From assembly GCA_025451045.1 (NCBI GenBank), contig JANWLD010000001.1:273965-337964 (forward strand): a stretch of DNA of 64,000 nucleotides, read 5' to 3'. Both the position numbers and the translations under genes were made by a program. Each line of letters opens with the position of its first letter. Within the stretch, counting starts at the first letter, position 1. Positions 1-9,093 of the stretch are shown piece after piece. A model generated the notes under the pieces. It was not told the origin of the DNA and searched no databases. It saw nothing but the letters and a program-made list of their open reading frames with translations. Source of the DNA: Candidatus Saccharimonadales bacterium. Lineage in GTDB: Bacteria > Patescibacteriota > Saccharimonadia > Saccharimonadales > 2-12-FULL-41-12.

Positions 1-133
1 CACTGCCGTTGTTTACTTTTTTGTTAGCGTTATAAACGTAAAGTATTGTGCCGCTAACTATTCCAACTATTACTAAAGCTAATAGTCCTTCAACTACACC
101 GAAACCCTTATTGTTTAATTTTCTCATCATCAT
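1..133 (-). CDS. type IV prepilin-like protein, N-terminal part (the gene continues past the window start)
   Basis: The reverse-strand translation starts MMMRKLNNKGFGVVEGLLALVIVGIVSGTILYVYN. It has a class III prepilin signal, G^F with Glu at +5 followed by a hydrophobic helix. An AAGGA ribosome-binding site lies about 8 nt upstream. The gene is truncated by the window edge. Confidence 0.55.
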   Translation of the reverse strand, partial: MMMRKLNNKGFGVVEGLLALVIVGIVSGTILYVYNANKKVNNGS

Positions 134-159
134 CCTTATGTTTCTAATGTGTTGCCTTA

Positions 160-194
160 AGAATAAATAAACCCTTGCGTTTGTGCAAGGGTTT
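160..194 (-). terminator. rho-independent terminator downstream of tRNA-Glu (hairpin AAACCCTTGC/GCAAGGGTTT followed by a T-run on the minus strand)
   Basis: A 10-bp perfect stem at 169-194 has a 6-nt loop. It is followed in the minus sense by TTATTTATT. Confidence 0.4.
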
Positions 195-202
195 TAGCAA
201 AC

Positions 203-277
203 TGGTGACCTCAAGGGGAATCGAACCCCTATTGCCAGGATGAAAACCTGGTGTCCTAACCGTTAGACGATGAGGCC
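203..277 (-). tRNA. tRNA-Glu (anticodon TTC)
   Basis: The reverse complement GGCCTCATCGTCTAACGGTTAGGACACCAGGTTTTCATCCTGGCAATAGGGGTTCGATTCCCCTTGAGGTCACCA folds as a cloverleaf. It has a 7-bp acceptor stem, a GGGGTTCGATTCCCC T-arm, an anticodon loop TTTTCAT, and an encoded CCA. Confidence 0.85.
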
Positions 278-343
278 TTATAATAGGAATTTATTAACCT
301 GTAAATGGTATCATAACAGAGGTAAAAAGGAAACCTGATTTTA

Positions 344-934
344 ATGTTAACTAAATCTTTTTTTGAGGGTAAAACAGTCGAAGAGTTGGCGAATGCTCTT
401 TTGGGCTGTGAGCTGGTTCATAAAACACCTGAAGGCATTACAGCCGGAATAATTGTTGAGACCGAAAGCTATCACGAAACGGATGAAGCCAGCCATAGCT
501 ACAAATATCGCTCCAAACGCAACGAAATCATGTTCGGTCCGCCGGGCCATGCATATGTTTATTTCACTTACGGCATGCACTGGTGTTTCAACGTAGTCGC
601 CGAAAACGAGGGAATCGGAGCGGGAGTATTAATTCGCGCCCTTGAGCCGACCCAAGGGATCGAACTAATGAAAAAGCGCCGCCATAAACAAAATTTAGTC
701 GAACTTTGTAATGGTCCCGCAAAACTCACACAGGCATTATCTATAACTAGGAAAGATTATGGAAAAACTCTTTACGGTGGCGACCTTTATATAACTTCGC
801 CTAAGCTCAAAGATTTCAAAATTGCTTTTGGCCCAAGGGTTGGCATTTCCAAAGCCCAAGATAAACCTTGGCGGTTTTGGATTAGAGACAATCCTTTTGT
901 CTCTGGAAGTCGGCCTAAGAAAAAGTTAGACTAG
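344..934 (+). CDS. DNA-3-methyladenine glycosylase (Mpg/AAG family)
   Basis: The translation carries the family hallmarks ETESYHETDEASHSYKYRSKRNEIMFGPPGHAYVYFTYGMHWCFNVV. The length of 196 aa fits the family. Confidence 0.8.
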   Translation: MLTKSFFEGKTVEELANALLGCELVHKTPEGITAGIIVETESYHETDEASHSYKYRSKRNEIMFGPPGHAYVYFTYGMHWCFNVVAENEGIGAGVLIRALEPTQGIELMKKRRHKQNLVELCNGPAKLTQALSITRKDYGKTLYGGDLYITSPKLKDFKIAFGPRVGISKAQDKPWRFWIRDNPFVSGSRPKKKLD

Positions 935-939
935 AAGTA

Positions 940-2373
940 ATGGATTCAGATAATATTGTCCGCGATGTGCCGATAAAGAAGTTCAAACGAACCAAAATTG
1001 TGGCCACCGTCGGGCCTTCTACCAATAGCTATAAAGGTGTTCTTTCCTTGATGAAGTCAGGTGCTAACGGCATACGGCTTAATTTTAGCCATGGCAATCA
1101 AAAAGAGCATGAACAGCAGATAAAGTGGATTCGAAAAGCTTCCGAAGAAATCAAAAAACCAGTAGCCATAATCCAGGATTTGCAGGGGCCGAAGATACGG
1201 CTGGGCGATTTTGATAACTTAATAGAGGTAAAAAGCGGCCATCTGCTGACTTTGAGCCTCAATGCCGACTATGAACAGACCGGCGAAGTACCTATCCAGT
1301 TTGATTTGAGTAAAAAAGTAAAGCCCGGGGAGCATCTTTTTATATCCGACGGTAAAATAAAAGCCGTGGTCGAAAAGGTGGGTGATAAAAAGATTCAAAT
1401 CAGCGTGAAGCACGGCGGCATACTCATCAGGCGTAAAGGCATTAATCTGCCGGATACCGATTTTGGAGGGGATATTATCACTGCCAAGGATAAAGACGAC
1501 TTAGCTTTCGGTTCGACCAGGGATATCGATTATGTCGCGCTCAGCTTTGTCCAGTCCGCCGAAGATATCAGAACGCTTCGAAAAAGCCTGGCGTCATTGG
1601 GCAGTACGGCGAGGATAATCGCCAAAATAGAAACTAAAAAGGCGATTGATAATTTGGAGGAAATAATACAAGAAACCGACGCGGTGATGATAGCCCGCGG
1701 CGATTTGGCGACCGAAACTACGCCGGAATCGGTGCCAATAGTCCAGCGCAAGATAATTGAACTTGGTAAAAAATACGCCAAACCCTCAATCGTAGCTACC
1801 CAACTGCTAGCCAGTATGACCGAAGAGCCTGAGCCGACCCGGGCTGAAGTTTCTGACGTGGCTACCGCTACAATTTTGGGTGCTGATGCCGTGATGCTCA
1901 GCGATGAAACCGCCAGTGGCAAATACCCGATAGAATCGATAAATGTCATGAAACGCGTGGTCAACTATACCCAGAAGAATACACCGGAACCGATAATGAC
2001 TCATTTTACTGAAGTACAGCGTTCAAAACAGCGAGCTATTTCCCAGGCCATAATCAACCTTGCCCATGAAATGTCGGCAGTGTCCATCGTAGCCGAAACC
2101 AAGTCCGGCGCGACAGCTATCCAAATATCAGCCGACCGTCCAACAGTGCCGGTGGTCGCCGTAACTTCTAGCGTGCGTACTGCCCAACAGCTGGCGATAG
2201 TTTACGGTACTAAAAGTTACGTGCGGCCGGACAGCAAATTGCAGGCTACCAAACTTACTAACTGGCTACTAAAAAACAACGTACTGGAAAAAGGCGACAT
2301 TGTTGTAACCGCCAGCGGCCAACACCCTGGTGCGGTCGGAACTACTGATACAATTAAGATAAGAATACTTTAG
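940..2373 (+). CDS. pyk: pyruvate kinase
   Basis: The translation begins RTKIVATVGPSTNS and carries the MIARGDLATE motif. The 477 aa protein has the barrel and C-terminal domains. Confidence 0.9.
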   Translation: MDSDNIVRDVPIKKFKRTKIVATVGPSTNSYKGVLSLMKSGANGIRLNFSHGNQKEHEQQIKWIRKASEEIKKPVAIIQDLQGPKIRLGDFDNLIEVKSGHLLTLSLNADYEQTGEVPIQFDLSKKVKPGEHLFISDGKIKAVVEKVGDKKIQISVKHGGILIRRKGINLPDTDFGGDIITAKDKDDLAFGSTRDIDYVALSFVQSAEDIRTLRKSLASLGSTARIIAKIETKKAIDNLEEIIQETDAVMIARGDLATETTPESVPIVQRKIIELGKKYAKPSIVATQLLASMTEEPEPTRAEVSDVATATILGADAVMLSDETASGKYPIESINVMKRVVNYTQKNTPEPIMTHFTEVQRSKQRAISQAIINLAHEMSAVSIVAETKSGATAIQISADRPTVPVVAVTSSVRTAQQLAIVYGTKSYVRPDSKLQATKLTNWLLKNNVLEKGDIVVTASGQHPGAVGTTDTIKIRIL

Positions 2374-2379
2374 AAAGAA

Positions 2380-3564
2380 ATGTTTAATAAAAAAACAGTC
2401 GAAGATATTGATGTAGAAAACAAACGTATTGTCCTGCGGCTTGATTGGAATGTACCGGGCGACGCGCACGGCGAAGTTACCGATGACTTCCGTATTAAGG
2501 CAAGTTTGCCGACGATAGACTATCTGCTAAAGCACGGTTGCAGTCTGATTATCCTCAGTCACCGCGGCCGTCCCGATGGCCCGAGCCGGGAGTTCAGCAT
2601 GGAACCGGTGGCAAGAAAGGCCAGCCAGATAATCGGCAGAGAAGTGAAATTCGCCGATGATTTGACAGGCGAATCGGCCCAGACCGCAGTACAGCAGCTA
2701 AAACCTCAAGACATATTAGTGCTTCAAAATACCCGGTTTTATCCTGAAGAAAAATCAGGCGATGAAGGCTTTGCCCGCCGGCTGGCGAGTTACGGCGACA
2801 TTTTTGTGATGGATGCTTTCGCAGTTGCCCATCGTACGGATAGCTCAGTTATCGGTATCAACAAATTTTTGCCTTCAGTCGCGGGATTCTTGATAGAAAA
2901 AGAGATAACCGAACTCTCAAAAGCTATCGAAAATCCCAAAAAACCGGTGCTGGCTATCACCGGCGGAGCTAAGCTGGAAACTAAACTGCCACTTCTTAAA
3001 AACTTTATGAATTTTGCCGACCATATTGTCGTTGCCGGAGTAATGGCTAACATCCTGCTCCATGCGCTGGGCTATCGAACTGGAAAAAGTATCTTTGATA
3101 AAGCCGAACTTGCTACGGCTAAAGACGTACTGGCCCAAGCCGAAGCAAATGGCGTAAAGTTTATCTTGCCGACGGCTGACGTCGCGGTAGCCAAAAGCCG
3201 TGATGAAACAGAGCGACAAGAGATAAAGACCGAAGAAGTCGCGGAGGATGATTTTATCTTGGATTTTGGAGAAAAAAGTACCGGCAAGGTCAAAAAATTA
3301 ATCCTTGATGCCAATACTATTATTTGGAACGGCCCCCTCGGGCTTTATGAAAATCCGGTTTTTGCTAAGGCCTCAAAGGAGATAGCCCAAGCTATTGCCG
3401 CCAGCTCTGCCGTAAGCGTAGTTGGCGGCGGTGATACCGCTGACGTGGTCAATTCGCTCGGTCTGAGCGATAAGTTTACCCACGTTTCAACCGGCGGCGG
3501 AGCGTCTTTAGATTTCATGAGCGGCAAAAAACTACCCGCTATCGAAGCTTTGTCAGACAAATAG
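2380..3564 (+). CDS. pgk: phosphoglycerate kinase
   Basis: LRLDWNVP, the SHRGRP motif, and a glycine-rich C-terminal ATP lobe (GGGDT...STGGGASL) are present. The gene sits tightly after pyk. Confidence 0.92.
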   Translation: MFNKKTVEDIDVENKRIVLRLDWNVPGDAHGEVTDDFRIKASLPTIDYLLKHGCSLIILSHRGRPDGPSREFSMEPVARKASQIIGREVKFADDLTGESAQTAVQQLKPQDILVLQNTRFYPEEKSGDEGFARRLASYGDIFVMDAFAVAHRTDSSVIGINKFLPSVAGFLIEKEITELSKAIENPKKPVLAITGGAKLETKLPLLKNFMNFADHIVVAGVMANILLHALGYRTGKSIFDKAELATAKDVLAQAEANGVKFILPTADVAVAKSRDETERQEIKTEEVAEDDFILDFGEKSTGKVKKLILDANTIIWNGPLGLYENPVFAKASKEIAQAIAASSAVSVVGGGDTADVVNSLGLSDKFTHVSTGGGASLDFMSGKKLPAIEALSDK

Positions 3565-3594
3565 CTGTTACAATAATAAATAAGCATAAACGTC

Positions 3595-4395
3595 ATGAAA
3601 AAACCGAAGAAGATTTTGATTATCGGGAACTGGAAAATGAACCTGAATGTTTCGCAGGCCAGCCTGTTGGTTTCTCGCCTGGATAAACATATCAAAACCC
3701 GCAAGGGGATTGAAGTCGTGCTTGCTCCCAGTATGCTGGACTTACAACCGGTAAGCATGCAGGTAGACCGCCGCAAATTCCGCTTAGCGGCTCAAAATGC
3801 CTATCACCACGACGAAGGGGCTTTTACCGGCGAAGTTTCGTTCACCATGCTTCGTGAACTTGCGCATTATGTTATAATCGGCCATTCCGAACGCAGAATA
3901 TATTTTAAAGAAGACTTGGACGAAATCCGCGACAAAGTTTCAGCTTGCATGCGCAACGGCATCACGCCGATCCTATGCATAGGCGAAACCAAGACCGAAC
4001 GCCGGGCTGGAGAAACCCGGCAGGTGTTGCATGACCAGTTAATGACTGCCTTGAGCAATCTGACAGCCGAGGAAGTATCAGAAATGGTGATTGCCTATGA
4101 ACCAGTCTGGGCGATAAGTACATTCGAGGGCGATATCGCCAAACCTGACGAAATCGGTAAAGACTTAACTTTCATCAGAGATCAGGTTAAAGAACTCTAC
4201 GGCGTACAAACCGAGGAAAAGGTCAGAATAATTTATGGCGGTAGCGTCGATGACCATTCAGCCCGGGCGTATCTTGAAATACCCGGTTGCGAAGGCGTAT
4301 TGGTCGGTGGAGCCAGCATAAATTATCATAAGTTCGCCGGTATCGCCGAAGCGGCTTATAGGGTGGTAAAAGAAAATGCCGAAGAAAAAGAATAA
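3595..4395 (+). CDS. tpiA: triosephosphate isomerase
   Basis: IIGNWKMN, IIGHSERR, and the AYEPVWAI and GGSV motifs are all present. Confidence 0.92.
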   Translation: MKKPKKILIIGNWKMNLNVSQASLLVSRLDKHIKTRKGIEVVLAPSMLDLQPVSMQVDRRKFRLAAQNAYHHDEGAFTGEVSFTMLRELAHYVIIGHSERRIYFKEDLDEIRDKVSACMRNGITPILCIGETKTERRAGETRQVLHDQLMTALSNLTAEEVSEMVIAYEPVWAISTFEGDIAKPDEIGKDLTFIRDQVKELYGVQTEEKVRIIYGGSVDDHSARAYLEIPGCEGVLVGGASINYHKFAGIAEAAYRVVKENAEEKE

Positions 4396-5029
4396 CGATA
4401 CAACCGACGGACTAGAGCCGGAAGCAGAAGAAGTAAAAACTGCTCCGAAAATAAAAGACGTAGCCAATCCGGGGGAGACTCCGCCGTCGGCTACGGCTCG
4501 CCCAATTATTACCGGCCATGGTTCGATACTTAAACAAGACCCGATGATGGCTGACAAATCCGAACCTGATGAAAAAATAACTACCAAAAAAGCCGAACTT
4601 ACGATAAAGCCTGAGACCGAATCCGAACCTGAATCTACCGAAACATCGGAGGAATCACCCAAAGGCGAAAATAAAGACGAGCCGCCTGAGGCAAATGAAG
4701 CCGAAAAAGGCGAAACTAAAAATGATGAAGACAGCACCGGTTCCGACAGCGCGGCTATAGATTCATTGGCGACTTCGGCGGGAAACAAAAAGCAGGATGC
4801 GAAGCAAGCGGAAGAAGAACGAAAAAAAACTGAAAAAATAAATGAACTCATTGCCAGCAAAAGATATTCCATCCCGATAACCGAAGGCGGCCATAAAGCA
4901 TCTAGCCAGCGTTTCATGAGCTGGTTACTATTGATATTGTTGGCATCAGCAGTCGGCGTTTATCTGGCAATAGACGCTGGTTATCTGGACATTGGCATCG
5001 CTTTGCCTTTCGATCTGATAAAAAACTAA
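4376..5029 (+). CDS. hypothetical acidic low-complexity protein with a C-terminal transmembrane anchor
   Basis: The ORF overlaps the tpiA stop by 20 nt. It is Glu/Lys/Thr-rich and ends with the hydrophobic helix LLLILLASAVGVYLAI. It has no recognisable domain. Confidence 0.45.
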   Translation: MPKKKNNDTTDGLEPEAEEVKTAPKIKDVANPGETPPSATARPIITGHGSILKQDPMMADKSEPDEKITTKKAELTIKPETESEPESTETSEESPKGENKDEPPEANEAEKGETKNDEDSTGSDSAAIDSLATSAGNKKQDAKQAEEERKKTEKINELIASKRYSIPITEGGHKASSQRFMSWLLLILLASAVGVYLAIDAGYLDIGIALPFDLIKN

Positions 5030-5056
5030 TAAGTTTCGGTTTGCTAAGATGTATAG

Positions 5057-7180
5057 GTGAAAGACTTATTTGAGGACCTGAATCCGGAGCAAAAACGGGC
5101 GGTTGAAACTACCGAAGGGCCGCTTTTAATCCAAGCTGGAGCTGGCAGCGGCAAGACCAAGACGCTGACGCACCGGATTGCTTATATTGTCAGTTCGGGT
5201 CTAGCCGCGCCCTATCAAATTCTGGCGGTAACATTTACCAACAAAGCGGCGAAAGAAATGCGCATCAGATTGGCCAAACTAGTCGGTCATGATGCAGACG
5301 ACCGGACGTTCCTGCCATTCATGGGCACCTTTCACGGCATCTGCGTAAAGATTCTCAGGATCGACGGAGATTTTGTTAAAGTTCCCAAAAACTTCGTGAT
5401 TTTTGATGAAGCCGACAGACTGGCGACAGTAAAACAAGTTAGCAAAGACCTCAAGATTGATGAAAAAAGCTTCCCGCCTCGCTTGATTGCCAGCCTTATC
5501 AGCAGCGCCAAAAACGAACTTATCCGTCCGGCCGAATATAGCAATCTAGCTTCCAGCCCGGTTCAAAAAACTGCCTCCCAAATTTTTCCGCTTTATGAAA
5601 AAGCCCTGAAAACCGCCGGAGCACTGGACTTTGACGATTTGATAGGCAAAGCCGTTGAACTGATGGCCAATCATGAAGATGTCCGACGCCGTTGGCAGGA
5701 AAGATTTAAATACGTGCTTATCGACGAATACCAAGACACTAATTCCGCCCAGTACAAGCTAGTCAAATTTCTAGTTAACAAAAAACAGAACATTGCAGTG
5801 GTTGGCGATGACTGGCAAAGTATTTATTCGTGGCGGGGAGCTGATTTTAAAAACATACTTAATTTTGAAAAAGATTATAAAAACGTCACGGTCATCAAAC
5901 TGGAACAAAATTATCGCAGTACCAAGCATATCCTGGACGCCGCGCACAAAATAATTGCCAAGAATACCCAGCGTTCTGATAAGAAATTATGGACGGCAAC
6001 CGATAGCGGCCTGCCGGTACAGGTAGTGCCGGTAGCCAATGAGCGGGCGGAGGCCGAAACTATCATTCGCCGGATTGAGACCGGTATAAATCTTGGCTCG
6101 CGCGGTTATGACGATTTCGCGGTGCTGTATCGGACCAACGCTCAAAGCCGGGCGATTGAGGACATGTTTATCCGCTACGGCGTGCCTTACAAAATTATCG
6201 GCGGGGTTAGGTTTTATGACCGCAAGGAAATCCGTGATGTAGTAGCTTACCTGCGTTTAATTTTTCAGCCCGAAGACAGAACCAGTTTCGAACGCATCGT
6301 CAACGTACCGGTCCGCGGCATAGGCGATAAGTCGCTTAGCAACCTTTTCGCGTGGCAAGCCAAAAATAATTTTAGTTTGGAACAAGCACTAACTAAAATC
6401 GAAGAGTGCGACGAACTAACGCCGAAAGCCAAGAAAGCCTTATTTGGCTTCAATGCGATACTCAAAGATTTGCGCGCCATCATTGACGAAACTAATCCGG
6501 CTGGACTTATCGATTCGCTGTTGCGTCGGATTGAATACCTTGAATATTTAAACGACGGCACCATACAAGCTGAAGCTCGGATAGAAAACGTCAACGAACT
6601 TTTGAGTGTCGCCCGGGTTTATCAGGATGTTGGTCTGCAGGATTTTCTGGAGGAAGTTTCGCTGGCATCCGATGCCGAAAGCGGAAACCAAAGTAGCTCT
6701 TCGGTGACATTGATGACCCTGCATTCCGCCAAAGGCTTAGAGTTTCCGGTAGTCTTTATGGTCGGTATGGAGGAAACTATTCTGCCGCATACCCGCTCCA
6801 GTTTTGACCAAAAAGACATGGAAGAAGAACGGCGGCTGTGCTATGTCGGCATGACCCGGGCCAAAGAAGAACTTTATATGATTTACGCCGGTTCGCGCGT
6901 ACTATACGGCGGCGTCCAACATAACGTCCCATCGCGGTTCTTAAGCGAAATCGACAGCCAGCTGGCCCACGCGGGTGCCGGCGACAGCTTAACCGCCCGG
7001 CCGCCTTTATCAGATGAACCGAGATATGTAGCGGAGCTTAACCCCGGCGACAAAGTTCGCCACCAAGTATTCGGCGTAGGGACGGTAGTTCAGATAGAAG
7101 AGGAAGAAGCCGTGATAGATTTCAAGACCAAAGGTTCTAAGAAGCTCAATCTGGCATTCGCCCCGATAGAGAAGATGTAA
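5057..7180 (+). CDS. pcrA: ATP-dependent DNA helicase PcrA/UvrD family
   Basis: The gene has a GTG start. Walker A reads AGAGSGKTKTL, and the DEYQDTN, VGDDWQSIY and QNYRST motifs follow. The C-terminal domain includes the Tudor-like tail. Confidence 0.88.
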   Translation: MKDLFEDLNPEQKRAVETTEGPLLIQAGAGSGKTKTLTHRIAYIVSSGLAAPYQILAVTFTNKAAKEMRIRLAKLVGHDADDRTFLPFMGTFHGICVKILRIDGDFVKVPKNFVIFDEADRLATVKQVSKDLKIDEKSFPPRLIASLISSAKNELIRPAEYSNLASSPVQKTASQIFPLYEKALKTAGALDFDDLIGKAVELMANHEDVRRRWQERFKYVLIDEYQDTNSAQYKLVKFLVNKKQNIAVVGDDWQSIYSWRGADFKNILNFEKDYKNVTVIKLEQNYRSTKHILDAAHKIIAKNTQRSDKKLWTATDSGLPVQVVPVANERAEAETIIRRIETGINLGSRGYDDFAVLYRTNAQSRAIEDMFIRYGVPYKIIGGVRFYDRKEIRDVVAYLRLIFQPEDRTSFERIVNVPVRGIGDKSLSNLFAWQAKNNFSLEQALTKIEECDELTPKAKKALFGFNAILKDLRAIIDETNPAGLIDSLLRRIEYLEYLNDGTIQAEARIENVNELLSVARVYQDVGLQDFLEEVSLASDAESGNQSSSSVTLMTLHSAKGLEFPVVFMVGMEETILPHTRSSFDQKDMEEERRLCYVGMTRAKEELYMIYAGSRVLYGGVQHNVPSRFLSEIDSQLAHAGAGDSLTARPPLSDEPRYVAELNPGDKVRHQVFGVGTVVQIEEEEAVIDFKTKGSKKLNLAFAPIEKM

Positions 7181-7259
7181 TATGTTATAATCCTAGGGCT
7201 TAAAAGTGTCTTAAAATTTACCTGAAATTTGAGTCGGACATAGCCTAAGCCCCCAGTAA

Positions 7260-8483
7260 ATGAAGATTTTTAAGAAGAAGAAACAACCACCGGTTGAAAC
7301 TTTTCTCGGAGTCAGAAAAGTAAATCCCCCGAAAGTCCATAAGCATCAGATACTAGTACCGTTTCTGACCTTTTTGGTCTTGGGCGTTTTTTCATGCCTG
7401 ACTTTTTTGATTTATGGCGGTACTACGGTTGAAGGGGCCGATGTTAAGCGCGTCCAAGTTTATGTAGACGGCCAGGAAAAAACTATTCCTACTCGCGCGC
7501 CAACCGTCGGCGAACTGCTGAAACGGATAAATATACAACTTACCAAAGACGATATCGTTGAGCCCGGCCTTAATAGTCCTATCCGCGAAGACGATATTCA
7601 TATCAACGTCTACCGGGCTAAGCCGGTGACCGTAATTGATACCAACGGCCATACAGTATCAACCAAGATTGCCAATACTACACCGGAAAATATGGCAGCT
7701 AAAGCCGGCTTCAAACTTTATCCTGAAGACAAGGCGGAAATAGCGGCTCCGGATGTTGCCAGTAACAAGGGCGTAATCGGCGAGCTTATTACCATTGACC
7801 GGTCAGTTCCGCTCAAACTGAACTTATACGGCAAGAAGGTATCTATCCGCACAACAGCCGACACGGTAGGTGATTTGCTGCAGGAAAAAGGCGTGGTCTT
7901 GGGGCCTAAAGACAAAGTTATCCCAAACGCCTCCACTCCGATAAAAAAGAACATGGAAGTTTTAGTACTTAGAAACGGCAAACAAGTTATAAATGTTGAG
8001 GAAAAGATTGCCCCGCCGGTCGACACCCAGCTAGACGCGACGCTTGACGCGGGAACAATCAAAGTTATTGACCCCGGCAAGCCGGGCAAGCGAATCGTGA
8101 CTTATGAAGTTACTTTCAAGCACGACAAAGAAGTCAAACGTAAACTCATCCAAAGCGTCGTAGTCTCCCAGCCGAAGAAACGCAAGGTAATAGAAGGTAC
8201 CAAAAACACCGGCTTTGGCGGCGGTTTTGACGCCGCGTTGGCAAGGCTGAGAAGCTGTGAAGGCAGTTATTCGAGCAATACCGGCAACGGCTATTATGGA
8301 GCCTACCAGTTCAATTTAGGTTCTTGGCGGGCTTACGCCCCGGCCAGCTATAAAAATTCACTGCCAAGCAGTGCTCCGCCGGTTGCTCAAGACCAGGCCG
8401 CCGCTAATTATTACCGGGTTTCCGGCTGGCGGCCATGGCCGACTTGTTCTATTAAGATGGGCCTTCAAGATACATACCGCTAG
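7260..8483 (+). CDS. RpfB-like resuscitation-promoting-factor protein (N-terminal TM, DUF348 repeats, G5 domain, Rpf-type transglycosylase-like domain)
   Basis: The C-terminus CEGSYSSNTGNGYYGAYQFNLGSWRAY matches the Rpf transglycosylase-like signature. Upstream are repeated VxVxxDG...V modules and a G5-like segment. Confidence 0.7.
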   Translation: MKIFKKKKQPPVETFLGVRKVNPPKVHKHQILVPFLTFLVLGVFSCLTFLIYGGTTVEGADVKRVQVYVDGQEKTIPTRAPTVGELLKRINIQLTKDDIVEPGLNSPIREDDIHINVYRAKPVTVIDTNGHTVSTKIANTTPENMAAKAGFKLYPEDKAEIAAPDVASNKGVIGELITIDRSVPLKLNLYGKKVSIRTTADTVGDLLQEKGVVLGPKDKVIPNASTPIKKNMEVLVLRNGKQVINVEEKIAPPVDTQLDATLDAGTIKVIDPGKPGKRIVTYEVTFKHDKEVKRKLIQSVVVSQPKKRKVIEGTKNTGFGGGFDAALARLRSCEGSYSSNTGNGYYGAYQFNLGSWRAYAPASYKNSLPSSAPPVAQDQAAANYYRVSGWRPWPTCSIKMGLQDTYR

Positions 8484-8577
8484 GCTTTTGGACCAGCCAG
8501 CCTGCTCCCGAGCATAGCTCGGAACACTGCTGGCTTCTTGGCGCTAGGACACAATTTTCTTCTGCGATGCTCTTTCA

Positions 8578-8597
8578 ACGTACCACGGTACGTTTTT
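8578..8597 (+). terminator. rho-independent terminator after the rpfB-like gene (ACGTACC-AC-GGTACGT followed by TTTTT)
   Basis: A perfect 7-bp stem is followed by a T-run. It is preceded by a larger nested stem-loop at 8498-8545. Confidence 0.6.
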
Positions 8598-8667
8598 AGT
8601 CCGCTTCTCGAAGAGAAATTGTACCTATCATCCAAGTCCATAAACCTAGTTTGGTAGAATGTAGGGT

Positions 8668-9093
8668 ATGAAGGCTAAATTTGATGGCTATAATTGGCTG
8701 GCTCGTTTAGAAAGGGGCGAAAAGCTCGTTGAAAGCTTGGATAGGCTTATCATTGAGCAGGACATAAAGACCGCTTGGCTTTTCGGTATCGGCGCGGCCA
8801 GCTCCGCGGAAGTAGGCTACTATGATTTGAAAAACAAAGATTACGTTTGGAAAAAGGTCGATAAAGATTTGGAAATACTAAGCCTGCAAGGCAACCTGAC
8901 GTTGGGCGAGGACAAGCCGTTGATTCACCTGCATGGTTTATTTTCCGATGAATCAGGAAAAACTTTTGGCGGCCATGTAAAAGATTTGACCGTATCCATC
9001 ACCTGCGAACTATTTTTGCATAATTGGTTTGCCGGACAAGGTATAACGCGCTTCATTGACCCGGATACTGGCTTGAAGCTGCTCGATTTATGA
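8668..9093 (+). CDS. PPC/DUF296 domain protein (predicted DNA-binding)
   Basis: ARLERGEKLVESL...AWLFGIGAASSAEVGYYD...LSLQGNLTL...PLIHLHGLFSDESGKTFGGHV is the typical PPC-domain sequence pattern. Confidence 0.7.
   Translation: MKAKFDGYNWLARLERGEKLVESLDRLIIEQDIKTAWLFGIGAASSAEVGYYDLKNKDYVWKKVDKDLEILSLQGNLTLGEDKPLIHLHGLFSDESGKTFGGHVKDLTVSITCELFLHNWFAGQGITRFIDPDTGLKLLDL

Noticed and set aside
4258-4917. 219-aa minus-strand ORF, Ser/Phe-rich, antisense to the acidic protein gene and the tpiA 3' end
   Set aside because: It is a shadow ORF created by the GAA/GAG/AAA-rich coding strand opposite. It shows low complexity and has no start context. The plus-strand genes explain the region.
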